Part shown: positions 30,420-39,161 of the stretch, one piece after another
Position numbering within the stretch: position 1 is the stretch's first letter
Layout: the number at the start of each line of letters is the position of its first letter
From: Candidatus Bathyarchaeia archaeon
Lineage (GTDB): Archaea > Thermoproteota > Bathyarchaeia > Bathyarchaeales > Bathycorpusculaceae
Direction: 5' to 3'
Length of the DNA stretch: 64,000 nt
Assembly: GCA_049512935.1 (NCBI GenBank)
Contig: JBEKWR010000007.1
Span: forward strand, 41,815 to 105,814
Made by a program: the position numbers and the translations under genes
The notes under the pieces: generated by a model
Databases searched by the model: none
Told to the model about the DNA's origin: nothing
What the model saw: only the letters and a program-made list of their open reading frames with translations

Positions 30420-30913
30420 AAAGCCTCTTCCGTGGGGTTGGATAGTCGTTTTAGGCTAGTTTCGAGCTCTTGCCGTATGATTTCTATGACTTTTAGATGG
30501 TCTTTTAGTTCATCTTCCTTGTCCGGCATGTCTTGGTGTGCCTCTGTGTATTCGTGCAATTTGTTGGCTATTTCGAGGTACGGGTCAAGAGTTGTGCTCT
30601 CAAACACTCCTAAATAGCCTAAAAGCAGCACCGTGTATATCGATTTTATGACGTTTTCCTTGGACTGTTTTAATGTCCTGTTAAACGATCCTCGGCTTAT
30701 TTTAGCCTTAGTTAGCCTTAAATTGGCTTTTTCATCGTACTTTAGCTGTTTGCCTGCAAAATTCTCGGCTAATATGTCTATTAACAGCGTTTCGAGTTGG
30801 GTTTTAGTTAATTGGCTGTTTTTGGCGAGTATTTTGACAATAGGGTCATTTAAAGCCCCGTTTAGCCACGCTTGTACGCCGTCTTTTAGCTTCAACCTTC
30901 TTCTTCCCCTCAT
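30416..30913 (-). CDS. Hypothetical protein with HTH-like core
   Basis: SQLTKTQLETLLI..YDEKANLRLTKAKISRGSFNRTLKQSKENV. Confidence 0.75.
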   Translation of the reverse strand: MRGRRRLKLKDGVQAWLNGALNDPIVKILAKNSQLTKTQLETLLIDILAENFAGKQLKYDEKANLRLTKAKISRGSFNRTLKQSKENVIKSIYTVLLLGYLGVFESTTLDPYLEIANKLHEYTEAHQDMPDKEDELKDHLKVIEIIRQELETSLKRLSNPTEEAL

Positions 30914-31274
30914 CGTCTCAATGAATACAGTTTTGTATACTGGCTCATGTTTTTAAAGCTTGTTGATGTAAAAACTTCCTTTTTGCTCGCTCTTAGCGGC
31001 TGTAAATGCAGTCTAAAACCGTAAAAGACCGCCCATTGCTGAGCATTTTAATTAATCGGCATCACAACGCTAGTATTGACAAATTGGCGGCAAGGTTAAC
31101 GGTATTCAAAAGGAGCATTGTGCTTGATTTTAAACGGTAATTACATTTTAAAAAGTGGGTGGGGTCCTCGTATTCTTTCTGATTATAGGTTACGTCGTCT
31201 GTTTCAGTTCTTACTCGCCGTAATGTGCGCTTTAATCAGGTTTTTTTGGGTTGCTGCATTCAGAAGGAGAAGGC

Positions 31275-31366
31275 GTGACGTCACCAATCACGGTAAAATC
31301 ACTGTGATTTGTGGCTTAAGCAGAGTAATATCACGCTGTGTGATTACTTTGTGATGCCCCTGTGAT
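31275..31366. repeat. GTGAT/ATCAC array B (7 copies plus palindrome GTGACGTCAC), 11-bp phasing
   Basis: Starts 31287, 31298, 31304, 31330, 31340, 31351, 31362; GTGACGTCAC at 31275-31284. Confidence 0.82.
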
Positions 31367-31390
31367 TTTGCTGCTTGTCTGTAAGACTCT

Positions 31391-32236
31391 TTAGATACGC
31401 TCTGAGTACTCCTTTAGCTGGTCAAACAGCTCGGGCCTTAGGTCCCGCAGGGTTGGAATAAAAGTTTCTGCACTTCTCAGGTCGCCAAAGTCGACTTCGC
31501 ACGTGACGAAATCCTCTACGTCGTACTTTGCCTTGGCTAAAACGTCGCCGTTAGGGCTTACAAGCCTGCTTCCTCCCCAGAACTGCAAGCCGTCTTGGAC
31601 GCCTGCCAGGTTCACGTAGGCTAAGAAGGCAGTGTTTTCTATTGCTCTTGCGCATGTCAATGTTTCAAAATAGCTTCTCCTAACCGCTGGAGACGCCGAT
31701 ATGCAAACGATTAGTTGCGCACCCTTCAATCGGGTAAGCCTGAGAACTTCTGGGAAGAAGATGTCGTAGCAAATACATAAGCCAATGTTGCCCACCTCGG
31801 TTTGAAACGCTTGCGCCTCGTAGCCTGGACGGAAATACCTTTTCTCCTCAAAGATGCTGTGGGTCGGCAGGTACATTTTGCGGTATTTACCGATGAAACC
31901 TTTCGGTCCGACAAAGACGGCGGAGTTAAACATTGTTGCCTTGGTTTTCTCGCTTAACTCAGGCATGCCGAAAATGATATGCATACCCGTCTCCTTCGCC
32001 AGCGCCTCCACCTTTTCAACTGTCGGTCCAGGTATTGTTTCAGCCGACTCGTAGAATTGATCTCTTACCACGTAGCCGCTCAGGCAAAGCTCGGGAAAAA
32101 TAACTATGTCCGCCCCTTGCTCTTTGGCCTTGCAGGTTAATTTTTTTATTTTCTGCAGGTTAGCCTCTTTGTCTTCACGTTTGCTGCTCATCTGGGCGAG
32201 AGCCAGTTTGATTTTGTCTTTCATAGCTTTTCCCAC
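31391..32236 (-). CDS. Carbon-nitrogen hydrolase (nitrilase family)
   Basis: FPEL, YRKMYLP, ICYDIFFPE (Glu-Lys-Cys triad). Confidence 0.92.
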   Translation of the reverse strand: MGKAMKDKIKLALAQMSSKREDKEANLQKIKKLTCKAKEQGADIVIFPELCLSGYVVRDQFYESAETIPGPTVEKVEALAKETGMHIIFGMPELSEKTKATMFNSAVFVGPKGFIGKYRKMYLPTHSIFEEKRYFRPGYEAQAFQTEVGNIGLCICYDIFFPEVLRLTRLKGAQLIVCISASPAVRRSYFETLTCARAIENTAFLAYVNLAGVQDGLQFWGGSRLVSPNGDVLAKAKYDVEDFVTCEVDFGDLRSAETFIPTLRDLRPELFDQLKEYSERI

Positions 32237-32239
32237 TTT

Positions 32240-33082
32240 TCAATAAGTATGCCTCGGAAGCCTAAAATCGTTTCCTACCGTTCTGTAACCGAGTTTAGGC
32301 GCAAGGGGCGTTTTTCTTTTATGCTCGTTTGCCAGCCACCGGGCTTTGACCTTCGCAACTACATTCTTGCTGATGCCGACTTGATTGGCGATTTCCTCAG
32401 AAGTCATGAACCTTTCGAGTCCGTAAAGGATAAGGTCTAAGGTTTCGTACTTGATGCCGAGCTCTGTCTCCGCCATCTGAGCTGGCCAAAGTGCTGGAGT
32501 GGACGGTTTTAACGCCAGCTCCTCTGGGATTCCCAAGTGCATCGCAAGCTTGCGAACCTGCGTCTTGTACAGGTCCATTATCGGCGTTATGTCCGCGGCT
32601 GCGTCTCCCCACTTGGTAAAGTAACCCATCATCGTCTCCGACTTATCCGAGCTGCCGCAAACAATCTTGTTAAGCTTGTTCGCGTAGTAGTACAAGTAAA
32701 TCATTCTCGTTCTTGCTTTAATGTTGCCTTTGCAAAGCCTGTCGTGTGCGTCAAACACTGGGATCGCCTTGTAAAAGGATTCCGTAACAGCTGTCATGTC
32801 ACAGACGGCACTTTGAATCTTGAATTGATCCGCAACAACCTTCGCGTCATCAATGTCTTTCTGGTTAAAGTTTTCCTCTTCCGGAAGCATAAGCGCCGAT
32901 ACGTTTTCTCCGCCCACTGCGAGGCTTGAAAGCGCGGCTATTGTGCCACTGTCGACTCCTCCAGACAACCCAAGAACCACTCCTTTGGCTCCAGCGTTTT
33001 CAACGTACTCTTTTATGAAACGGCAAATCCTTGCTTGTGCTTCCGAGAAATTCATGTCTAATACAGACGGCGCTAATTTCAC
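32240..33082 (-). CDS. nadE: NAD+ synthetase
   Basis: GLSGGVDS, NIKARTRM, GYFTKWGD, DLYKTQV. Confidence 0.95.
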   Translation of the reverse strand: MKLAPSVLDMNFSEAQARICRFIKEYVENAGAKGVVLGLSGGVDSGTIAALSSLAVGGENVSALMLPEEENFNQKDIDDAKVVADQFKIQSAVCDMTAVTESFYKAIPVFDAHDRLCKGNIKARTRMIYLYYYANKLNKIVCGSSDKSETMMGYFTKWGDAAADITPIMDLYKTQVRKLAMHLGIPEELALKPSTPALWPAQMAETELGIKYETLDLILYGLERFMTSEEIANQVGISKNVVAKVKARWLANEHKRKTPLAPKLGYRTVGNDFRLPRHTY

Positions 33083-33182
33083 TTGGGTTCACGCAGCCCC
33101 ATAATCTTGGTTTGTAGGCAAGTATTTAAGGACAAGCATAAATAATACTCAACAATACCCCTGATTTGAAGGATGTTTAGGC

Positions 33183-33452
33183 TTGGGTCGAAGAAGAAAG
33201 AAAGTAGTTCATATTCCAAAGAAACGTTTACCCAAATTCTTCTCTTGCCCAAGATGCGGGAAAGAAACCGTTAAAGTTGAAATTTCCAGAGAGGAAGGCG
33301 GCCACGCCGTCGCGCAATGCAGCAGTTGCGGTCTTAAGGAGGAGTTCCCTGTTAAGCCAGCTCAGGGTGAAGTTGACGTTTACTGCATGTTAACCGATCG
33401 AGTTTACGGTTCCGGCAGAAGGGCGCCGTTACCAAGCGTAAAGAAAGAATAA
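33183..33452 (+). CDS. elf1: Transcription elongation factor Elf1
   Basis: MGRRRKK..LPKFFSCPRC..CSSCG..VDVYC. Confidence 0.85.
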   Translation: MGRRRKKVVHIPKKRLPKFFSCPRCGKETVKVEISREEGGHAVAQCSSCGLKEEFPVKPAQGEVDVYCMLTDRVYGSGRRAPLPSVKKE

Positions 33453-33469
33453 GTCGAAGGATTATTGCT

Positions 33470-34222
33470 ATGCAAGGGCCTATCGAAAAATACTTGCTCG
33501 AAAAAATAAAAGCTGAAGGATCCATCCACTTAACCCTCATAGACCCTGAGAAAGTGTCGGCGCAGGATGCTTCACGCATCGCTGAAAACTCCAAGAACAG
33601 CGGAACCGCCGCCATCATGATTGGAGGATCAACTTTTATTTCTCAGACGCATCTGGACGACGTCGTTAAAGCCATCAAGTCCGCTGTGAATATTCCCACG
33701 ATACTTTTCCCGAACAACGTTACTGGGATTAGCGGCCATGCGGACGCGATCTGGTTCATGTCGCTCTTAAACTCGGTTGACCCTTACTTTCTCATAGGCG
33801 CCCAAATTCTGGGAGCTCCCCTTGTAAAGAAATTCGGTTTAGAGCCTCTTTCCATGGGGTACATAATCGTCGGCGAAGGCGGCACAGCTGGCATCGTGGG
33901 CAAAGCAATCTCCGTTCCCTACAGCAAACCCGAACTTGCCGCTGCTCATGCGCTTGCCGGGCAGTACCTTGGTATGCGTTTCATTTATCTGGAAGGCGGC
34001 TCGGGAGCGAAAAACCCTGTGCCTCCTGAGATGATTAAAGCCGTTAAGCACCTCATTGAAATCCCACTCATCGTCGGCGGGGGAATAAGAACCAAGGCGC
34101 AGGCAATAGCCGCTGCCTCCGCAGGAGCCGACATCATAGTCACGGGAAACGTTACTGAAACAAGCGATTCTAAGAAAAAAGTCGCTGAAATCATCACGGC
34201 AATAAAAAGCGTCAGGGCTTGA
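33470..34222 (+). CDS. Geranylgeranylglyceryl phosphate synthase
   Basis: HLTLIDPEK, IMIGGST, FMSLLNS, YLEGGSGA, IVGGGIR, VTGN. Confidence 0.93.
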   Translation: MQGPIEKYLLEKIKAEGSIHLTLIDPEKVSAQDASRIAENSKNSGTAAIMIGGSTFISQTHLDDVVKAIKSAVNIPTILFPNNVTGISGHADAIWFMSLLNSVDPYFLIGAQILGAPLVKKFGLEPLSMGYIIVGEGGTAGIVGKAISVPYSKPELAAAHALAGQYLGMRFIYLEGGSGAKNPVPPEMIKAVKHLIEIPLIVGGGIRTKAQAIAAASAGADIIVTGNVTETSDSKKKVAEIITAIKSVRA

Positions 34223-34294
34223 CCCAACCGATTCCTCCTTAACTTTCGCGTCATTTCTAGAAAGGCAAAATAACCCATCAATGTATATCATGCC

Positions 34295-37200
34295 GTGGGA
34301 AACTGCGCTTTGAACATCAGTAAAGGCTACCAAAACTACGTTGACAAACTGGAAACTGAGCTGAAGCACCTGTACGCGATAAGCGACGGCGCCAGATCCG
34401 AAGGCTTAGACCCTGCCCTGAAAACCGAGTGCATTATCGCTCAAGACATCGCTGACTTAGTGGAAGGGCTAGTGGGACCCAAAGGAGTCGCCGTCAGCAT
34501 CAGAGAATTAAGCACCAAGATGCAGAGGGAAGAGATAGCCTTCAAAGTCGCGGAAGAAATCGTTCTGGGCAAATTCGGAAGCATGGAGCCTGAACAGGCA
34601 GCTGAACAGGCGATCAGGACCGCCCTTGCAATTTTTACTGAAGGCTTAACTGCGGCGCCGATTCAGGGCATCGCTCAGGTTAAGGTGAAAACCAACGCGG
34701 ACAGGACGCGCTACTTAGCCATATACTTCGCAGGGCCAATAAGGTCAGCGGGCGGAACAGACCAGGCGTTGACTCTGGTCGTGGGCGACTTCGTGAGGCA
34801 ACAGTTAGCGTTGGATCGTTACAAGCCTACGGAGGAAGAGGTCTCGCGTTTCATCGAGGAGCTCAGGCTGTACGAAAGAGCGGTAGGTCGGTTCCAGTAC
34901 CACATTCCCGACGACGAGTTGAAAAAGGCGCTTAACCTGATCCCAGTCGAATGCACAGGCACCGAATCCGACCCGGTTGAAGTTTCCTCGTACCGAAATC
35001 TTCCAAGGGTTGAAACCAACCGGGTCCGAGGCGGCGCGCTCAGGGTCGTTAACGACGGCATCGTTGGGCGAGCCCAAAAAGTCTTCGTGATCATCGACAA
35101 GATAGGCTTCCAAGGCTGGGACTGGCTTAAAGAGTTCAAGAAAAAGTCCGAAAAAAAGTCAGGCGGCTTCATGGACGACGTGATCGCAGGACGCCCCATC
35201 TTTGCTTTCCCTTCAAGACGCGGCGGCTTCAGGCTGAGGTACGGAAGGTCGCGAAACACGGGGCTGTCAGCCGTGGGCATTCATCCTGCAACAATGCTTG
35301 TGCTTGAAAACTTTCTAGCCGCGGGCACACAGATGCGGCTGGAGCTTCCCGGCAAAGGCTGCGTTACCCTTCCAGTAGACACGATTGAGCCTCCCGTTGT
35401 TCTGCTTAAAGACAACTCGGTTGTCAGGGTGACGCTGCAGAACTTTGCCGAGGTTAAAGGCAAAATCCAGAAGATACTGTTCTTGGGCGACATCCTCATC
35501 AGTTTTGGGGATTTCCTCTACTCAAACAAGACTCTTCCGCCGTCAGGGTACGTAGAGGAATGGTGGGCCAAAGACCTTCAGAACCTGATCAAGAACAAAT
35601 TCGCCTCTGACTACCAGAGTGCAGCGGAGACATCGCAGGTCTCATTTGGAAGGCTCAAAGGCTTCCTTGAAGACCCGTTCAGCAACAAACCCTCTGTTAA
35701 AGAGGCAATTCTTCTCAGTCAGCACCTATGCGTTCCCCTTCACCCCGATGCAACCTTATTTTGGTCAAGCCTATCTACGGCTCAAGAGGTTGAGCAGCTT
35801 AGAAGCTGGTTGGCCTCCGCTCAAACAACCATGGACGACGGCGTCGCCTCCCGAATTGAGGGCGAATCCAACCAAGACGTCGTGGCGCTGTTAAGAAAGA
35901 TTTTTGCTCAGCACAAATTGGTGAACGACAAAATCTTGATGGAAGGAAGCGACGCGGCTGCCTTTGCGTTCTCCCTTGGCTACGGCGCCGCCAAAACTGG
36001 TGGTGACGCTCAAGGTGCAACCGCGGTTGAAGCTGTCAGCAGGCTTTCTGGCGTAGAAGTCAAAGACAAGGCTCCAACGTATGTGGGCGGACGTATGGGT
36101 CGCCCTGAGAAGGCTAAACGGCGCGAGATGAAACCTCTGGTCCACGTTCTTTTCCCAGTAAGCTTGGCAGGCGGTACCCACAGGGACCTTTTGGAAGCCG
36201 CAAAGCAGGAACACGTTTTTGTTGAGATGGTTAAACGCAAATGCCCCAACTGCAAAACCTACACGCTAAGGGTGAAATGCCCCAACTGCGGAGTCGAAAC
36301 CGTCACGGAGAAGAGTTGCCCAAGATGCGGCAAACCGTTGAAAGACAATTCCTGCCCCACCTGCAGAACTAACGCGGTTCAGTACCAGCGGCAGTCAGTT
36401 AACTTCAAAGACCTAGTTGACGACGCCTGCCGATCACTTGGCTACCCAGCTCCGAAACTCCTGCGCGGCGTTAAAGGACTGATAAATCTCGATAAGACGC
36501 CTGAAATCATTGAAAAAGGCGTTCTGCGAGCAAGGCACGATTTGTCAGTTTACAAGGATGGAACCATCCGCTTCGACGCTACAAACGCTCCCCTGACACA
36601 CTTCACCCCTGCAGAAGTCGGCGTGCCCGTTGAAAAGATAAGGCAGCTTGGGTACGCCTACGACACGCACGGCGCGTCGCTTACTGATCCCAACCAAGTT
36701 TGCGAGCTTAGGGTGCAGGACGTCGTGATTCCGTGGAGGGCGGGCGACTACTTCATTCAAATCGCGGCTTTCATCGACGACCTGCTCATCAGAGTCTACA
36801 AGCTTCCACCTTACTACAACGCTAAGAAGCCTGAAGACCTTGTCGGGCACCTGATCTTCGGGTTAGCCCCACACACCTGCGCCTGCATTCTGGGGCGTGT
36901 CGTAGGCTTCACGGACCGCAACGTGATTTATGCACATCCCATTTGGCACTCAGCCAAACGTCGTGACTGCGACGGTGACGAAGACGCCATCATGCTTGCA
37001 TTGGACACGCTTCTGAACTTTTCACGCGTGTACTTGCCTGCTCAGATAGGCGGAATCATGGATGCTCCGATACTTTTGATTCCGTTCGTTAACACTAAGG
37101 AGGTGCAGAGGCAAGCTCATGACTTCGACGTTGACCAGACTTACCCAGTTGAGTTCTACCAGAAAACCTGGGACAAAGGCGAAGCCAGAACAGTGAGCTG

Positions 37201-37720
37201 CATCATGGACGTCATCAGCCACAGGATAGGAACCGAAGCCCAGTTTGAAGGCTTCCAGTACACCACTCCCGTGACGAACATAAACCTCGGCAACGCCAAC
37301 AGCTCCTACAAAGAATTCAAAACCATGATTGAAAAGCTCGACATGCAGTTGGGGTTAGGCGAAAAAATCGACGCTGTAGACGTGGAACGGGTCGCCCTGA
37401 AAGTGTTAACCACCCATTTCCTAAGAGACATCGCGGGTAACCTGCGCGCCTTCTCGACTCAGGGTTTCAGGTGTAAATCATGCAACAAAAAGTTTCGTCG
37501 GCTGCCCCTCAAAGGAAAATGTCCGTTCTGCGGCGGAAAGCTGACTCTAACCGTCTACCGCGGCGGCATAGAGAAGTATCTGGAGGCTGCGCAGCAACTC
37601 ATAGACAAGTACGATTTGCCGAACTACTACACGCAGCGGCTTGACCTGATAAAAGAGGAGATAGCTTCCATGTTCGATAACAATAAGCCGAAACAAGCCA
37701 AACTTTTCGATTTTGGGTAG
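34295..37720 (+). CDS. polC: DNA polymerase D large subunit DP2
   Basis: AGPIRSAGGT, FRLRYGRSRNTG, RMGRPEKA, KDGTIRFD, AKRRDCDGDED, GGIMDAP; no intein evident. Confidence 0.97.
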   Translation: MGNCALNISKGYQNYVDKLETELKHLYAISDGARSEGLDPALKTECIIAQDIADLVEGLVGPKGVAVSIRELSTKMQREEIAFKVAEEIVLGKFGSMEPEQAAEQAIRTALAIFTEGLTAAPIQGIAQVKVKTNADRTRYLAIYFAGPIRSAGGTDQALTLVVGDFVRQQLALDRYKPTEEEVSRFIEELRLYERAVGRFQYHIPDDELKKALNLIPVECTGTESDPVEVSSYRNLPRVETNRVRGGALRVVNDGIVGRAQKVFVIIDKIGFQGWDWLKEFKKKSEKKSGGFMDDVIAGRPIFAFPSRRGGFRLRYGRSRNTGLSAVGIHPATMLVLENFLAAGTQMRLELPGKGCVTLPVDTIEPPVVLLKDNSVVRVTLQNFAEVKGKIQKILFLGDILISFGDFLYSNKTLPPSGYVEEWWAKDLQNLIKNKFASDYQSAAETSQVSFGRLKGFLEDPFSNKPSVKEAILLSQHLCVPLHPDATLFWSSLSTAQEVEQLRSWLASAQTTMDDGVASRIEGESNQDVVALLRKIFAQHKLVNDKILMEGSDAAAFAFSLGYGAAKTGGDAQGATAVEAVSRLSGVEVKDKAPTYVGGRMGRPEKAKRREMKPLVHVLFPVSLAGGTHRDLLEAAKQEHVFVEMVKRKCPNCKTYTLRVKCPNCGVETVTEKSCPRCGKPLKDNSCPTCRTNAVQYQRQSVNFKDLVDDACRSLGYPAPKLLRGVKGLINLDKTPEIIEKGVLRARHDLSVYKDGTIRFDATNAPLTHFTPAEVGVPVEKIRQLGYAYDTHGASLTDPNQVCELRVQDVVIPWRAGDYFIQIAAFIDDLLIRVYKLPPYYNAKKPEDLVGHLIFGLAPHTCACILGRVVGFTDRNVIYAHPIWHSAKRRDCDGDEDAIMLALDTLLNFSRVYLPAQIGGIMDAPILLIPFVNTKEVQRQAHDFDVDQTYPVEFYQKTWDKGEARTVSCIMDVISHRIGTEAQFEGFQYTTPVTNINLGNANSSYKEFKTMIEKLDMQLGLGEKIDAVDVERVALKVLTTHFLRDIAGNLRAFSTQGFRCKSCNKKFRRLPLKGKCPFCGGKLTLTVYRGGIEKYLEAAQQLIDKYDLPNYYTQRLDLIKEEIASMFDNNKPKQAKLFDFG

Positions 37721-37765
37721 CTAAAGCTTTTCAATACAAACCGCGATTACTGTATCAGTGACTGT

Positions 37766-38017
37766 ATGCATCCTAACGCTTACCTCGAAAACGTGAGAAA
37801 CGTCAAGTGTGGTCTGAGTGCGAGAAGCAAAATCCTTGAAGCCCTTGAGATCGCGCCATCTGACGCGGCAGGAATCGCCAAGACGGGCGCTCTTTCTTAT
37901 AGCGTTGTCATGCATCATCTACGGCTCCTCAAGAACGAGGGCATCGTCGCACGGAACGGGCGCAGACCCTACTATTGGGCTTCAACGGGTTTCGGGCAGA
38001 AGCGGCTGCAAGGTTAA
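37766..38017 (+). CDS. Small ArsR-like wHTH protein
   Basis: ARSKILEAL..AAGIAKTGALSYSVVMHHLRLLKNEGIV. Confidence 0.75.
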   Translation: MHPNAYLENVRNVKCGLSARSKILEALEIAPSDAAGIAKTGALSYSVVMHHLRLLKNEGIVARNGRRPYYWASTGFGQKRLQG

Positions 38018-38310
38018 AACGTGCATTGGCACGGGGCCTGCTGGCATTTTGGGCATTTGAAGTTGTACTTGTTGACGGCTGCCCTTTCAAGGTCGATTCC
38101 CATTATGTTTGCAAGAGAAGCAAGCCACGCGATAACGTCTGCAAACTCTTTCTCGGTGGCTTCCCTGTCGGTTCCCTTTTTGAGTTCTTCCCCCAGCTCC
38201 TCGACCTCATCAACAAGCCAGTTGTACGTTCCTTCCACTCCCCGCTCCATGTCTCTCTTGAAATACAGGTGACGCATCATCTGCTGAAATTCACTTATCT
38301 GCATAGACAT
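38014..38310 (-). CDS. MazG-like nucleotide pyrophosphohydrolase with C-terminal Cys motif
   Basis: WLVDEVEEL..EFADVIAWLASLAN..CPKCQQAPCQC. Confidence 0.88.
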   Translation of the reverse strand: MSMQISEFQQMMRHLYFKRDMERGVEGTYNWLVDEVEELGEELKKGTDREATEKEFADVIAWLASLANIMGIDLERAAVNKYNFKCPKCQQAPCQCTF

Positions 38311-38440
38311 ACCCGCGAATTAGTGTTTACGCAAGGGCGGATTTTAAAGATTCTCAACCTGAGAAGACAGCCGTTTCGAATCCTCGCTCTGCACAACATT
38401 AATTAATGGTTTCAGTTACATTGAGGAGCAGGGATATTTA

Positions 38441-38617
38441 GTGAGTACTGGTAGACGGAAAAAGAAAGAGTCAGGTCCAATGCCTGCAGCAAGCGCAGGT
38501 TTGCTCAGGTTCTTCGAGGAAGAAACTGAAGGCGTAAAAATGAGACCTGAACTGCTCGTCGTCTTTTCAGTCGCGTTGATAGTTCTTTCAGTCTTAGCTA
38601 AAGTTTTCTTTCCTTAA
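38441..38617 (+). CDS. secG: Preprotein translocase subunit Sec61-beta
   Basis: Read by hand (58 aa): MSTGRRKKKESGPMPAASAGLLRFFEEETEGVKMRPELLVVFSVALIVLSVLAKVFFP. Confidence 0.88.
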   Translation: MSTGRRKKKESGPMPAASAGLLRFFEEETEGVKMRPELLVVFSVALIVLSVLAKVFFP

Positions 38618-38625
38618 AAGCCTAG

Positions 38626-38916
38626 TCAACGTCTCGGCGGAGTAGGGTGCAGCACTTCTAACCTTTGAACCGAATTCAAATGGAGAAATAGCTCGCTTCT
38701 TTCCTCGCGACTTGTAACCTGCGGTATAGGCTGGGCGATGGTTGACCTTAAAACGATGGCTTCTGCCTCGGAAAGCCAGATGCCTGATGGCTCATGCGTT
38801 ACAGCCGCTAAGACGCCTTCAAAACCGTAAGCTGGGTCGATGATTACTCTGATCTTCTTGCCCACGTTTCTTTCCAGCATGTGAAATATTGAAGGGGGCA
38901 GGTCTCGTTCCGACAT
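38626..38916 (-). CDS. Divergent Sm/Lsm-fold-like protein
   Basis: LERNVGKKIRVII..FEGVLAAV..IWLSEA..LFLHLNSVQRLEV resembles Sm1/Sm2 motifs. Confidence 0.6.
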   Translation of the reverse strand: MSERDLPPSIFHMLERNVGKKIRVIIDPAYGFEGVLAAVTHEPSGIWLSEAEAIVLRSTIAQPIPQVTSREERSELFLHLNSVQRLEVLHPTPPRR

Positions 38917-39161
38917 AGCCTTCGCAAAGTAATACAATTGTCAACTTAAAGATAAAACAGTTACCCTCATGGAAACATGTTGACTTCTGGGTTGCGGTGC
39001 GTTTTTTCCTTTGAACTTTAACTTTTACGTGCTAAAAAGCTCAGCGTCTTAGCGTTGTATTGTTGAAGAAAGTGCTTTTGCAGCTCAGAAGTCAAGGCGC
39101 GTTTAGCTAAATTTAATAAGCCTTCCCGCTTCCATAACTGACTCAACCTTGAGCTGATTAC

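Noticed and set aside
31118-31354. 78-aa ORF over array B
   Set aside because: TTG start, no SD, Arg/Phe-rich non-protein-like composition; the 11-bp phasing is not codon-compatible.
34295-37720. Intein in DP2 (also checked cdc6)
   Set aside because: Lengths are normal and conserved motifs are contiguous; no splice-junction or LAGLIDADG motifs seen.
38370-38390. tRNA T-loop-like TTCGAATCC
   Set aside because: No flanking cloverleaf stems.
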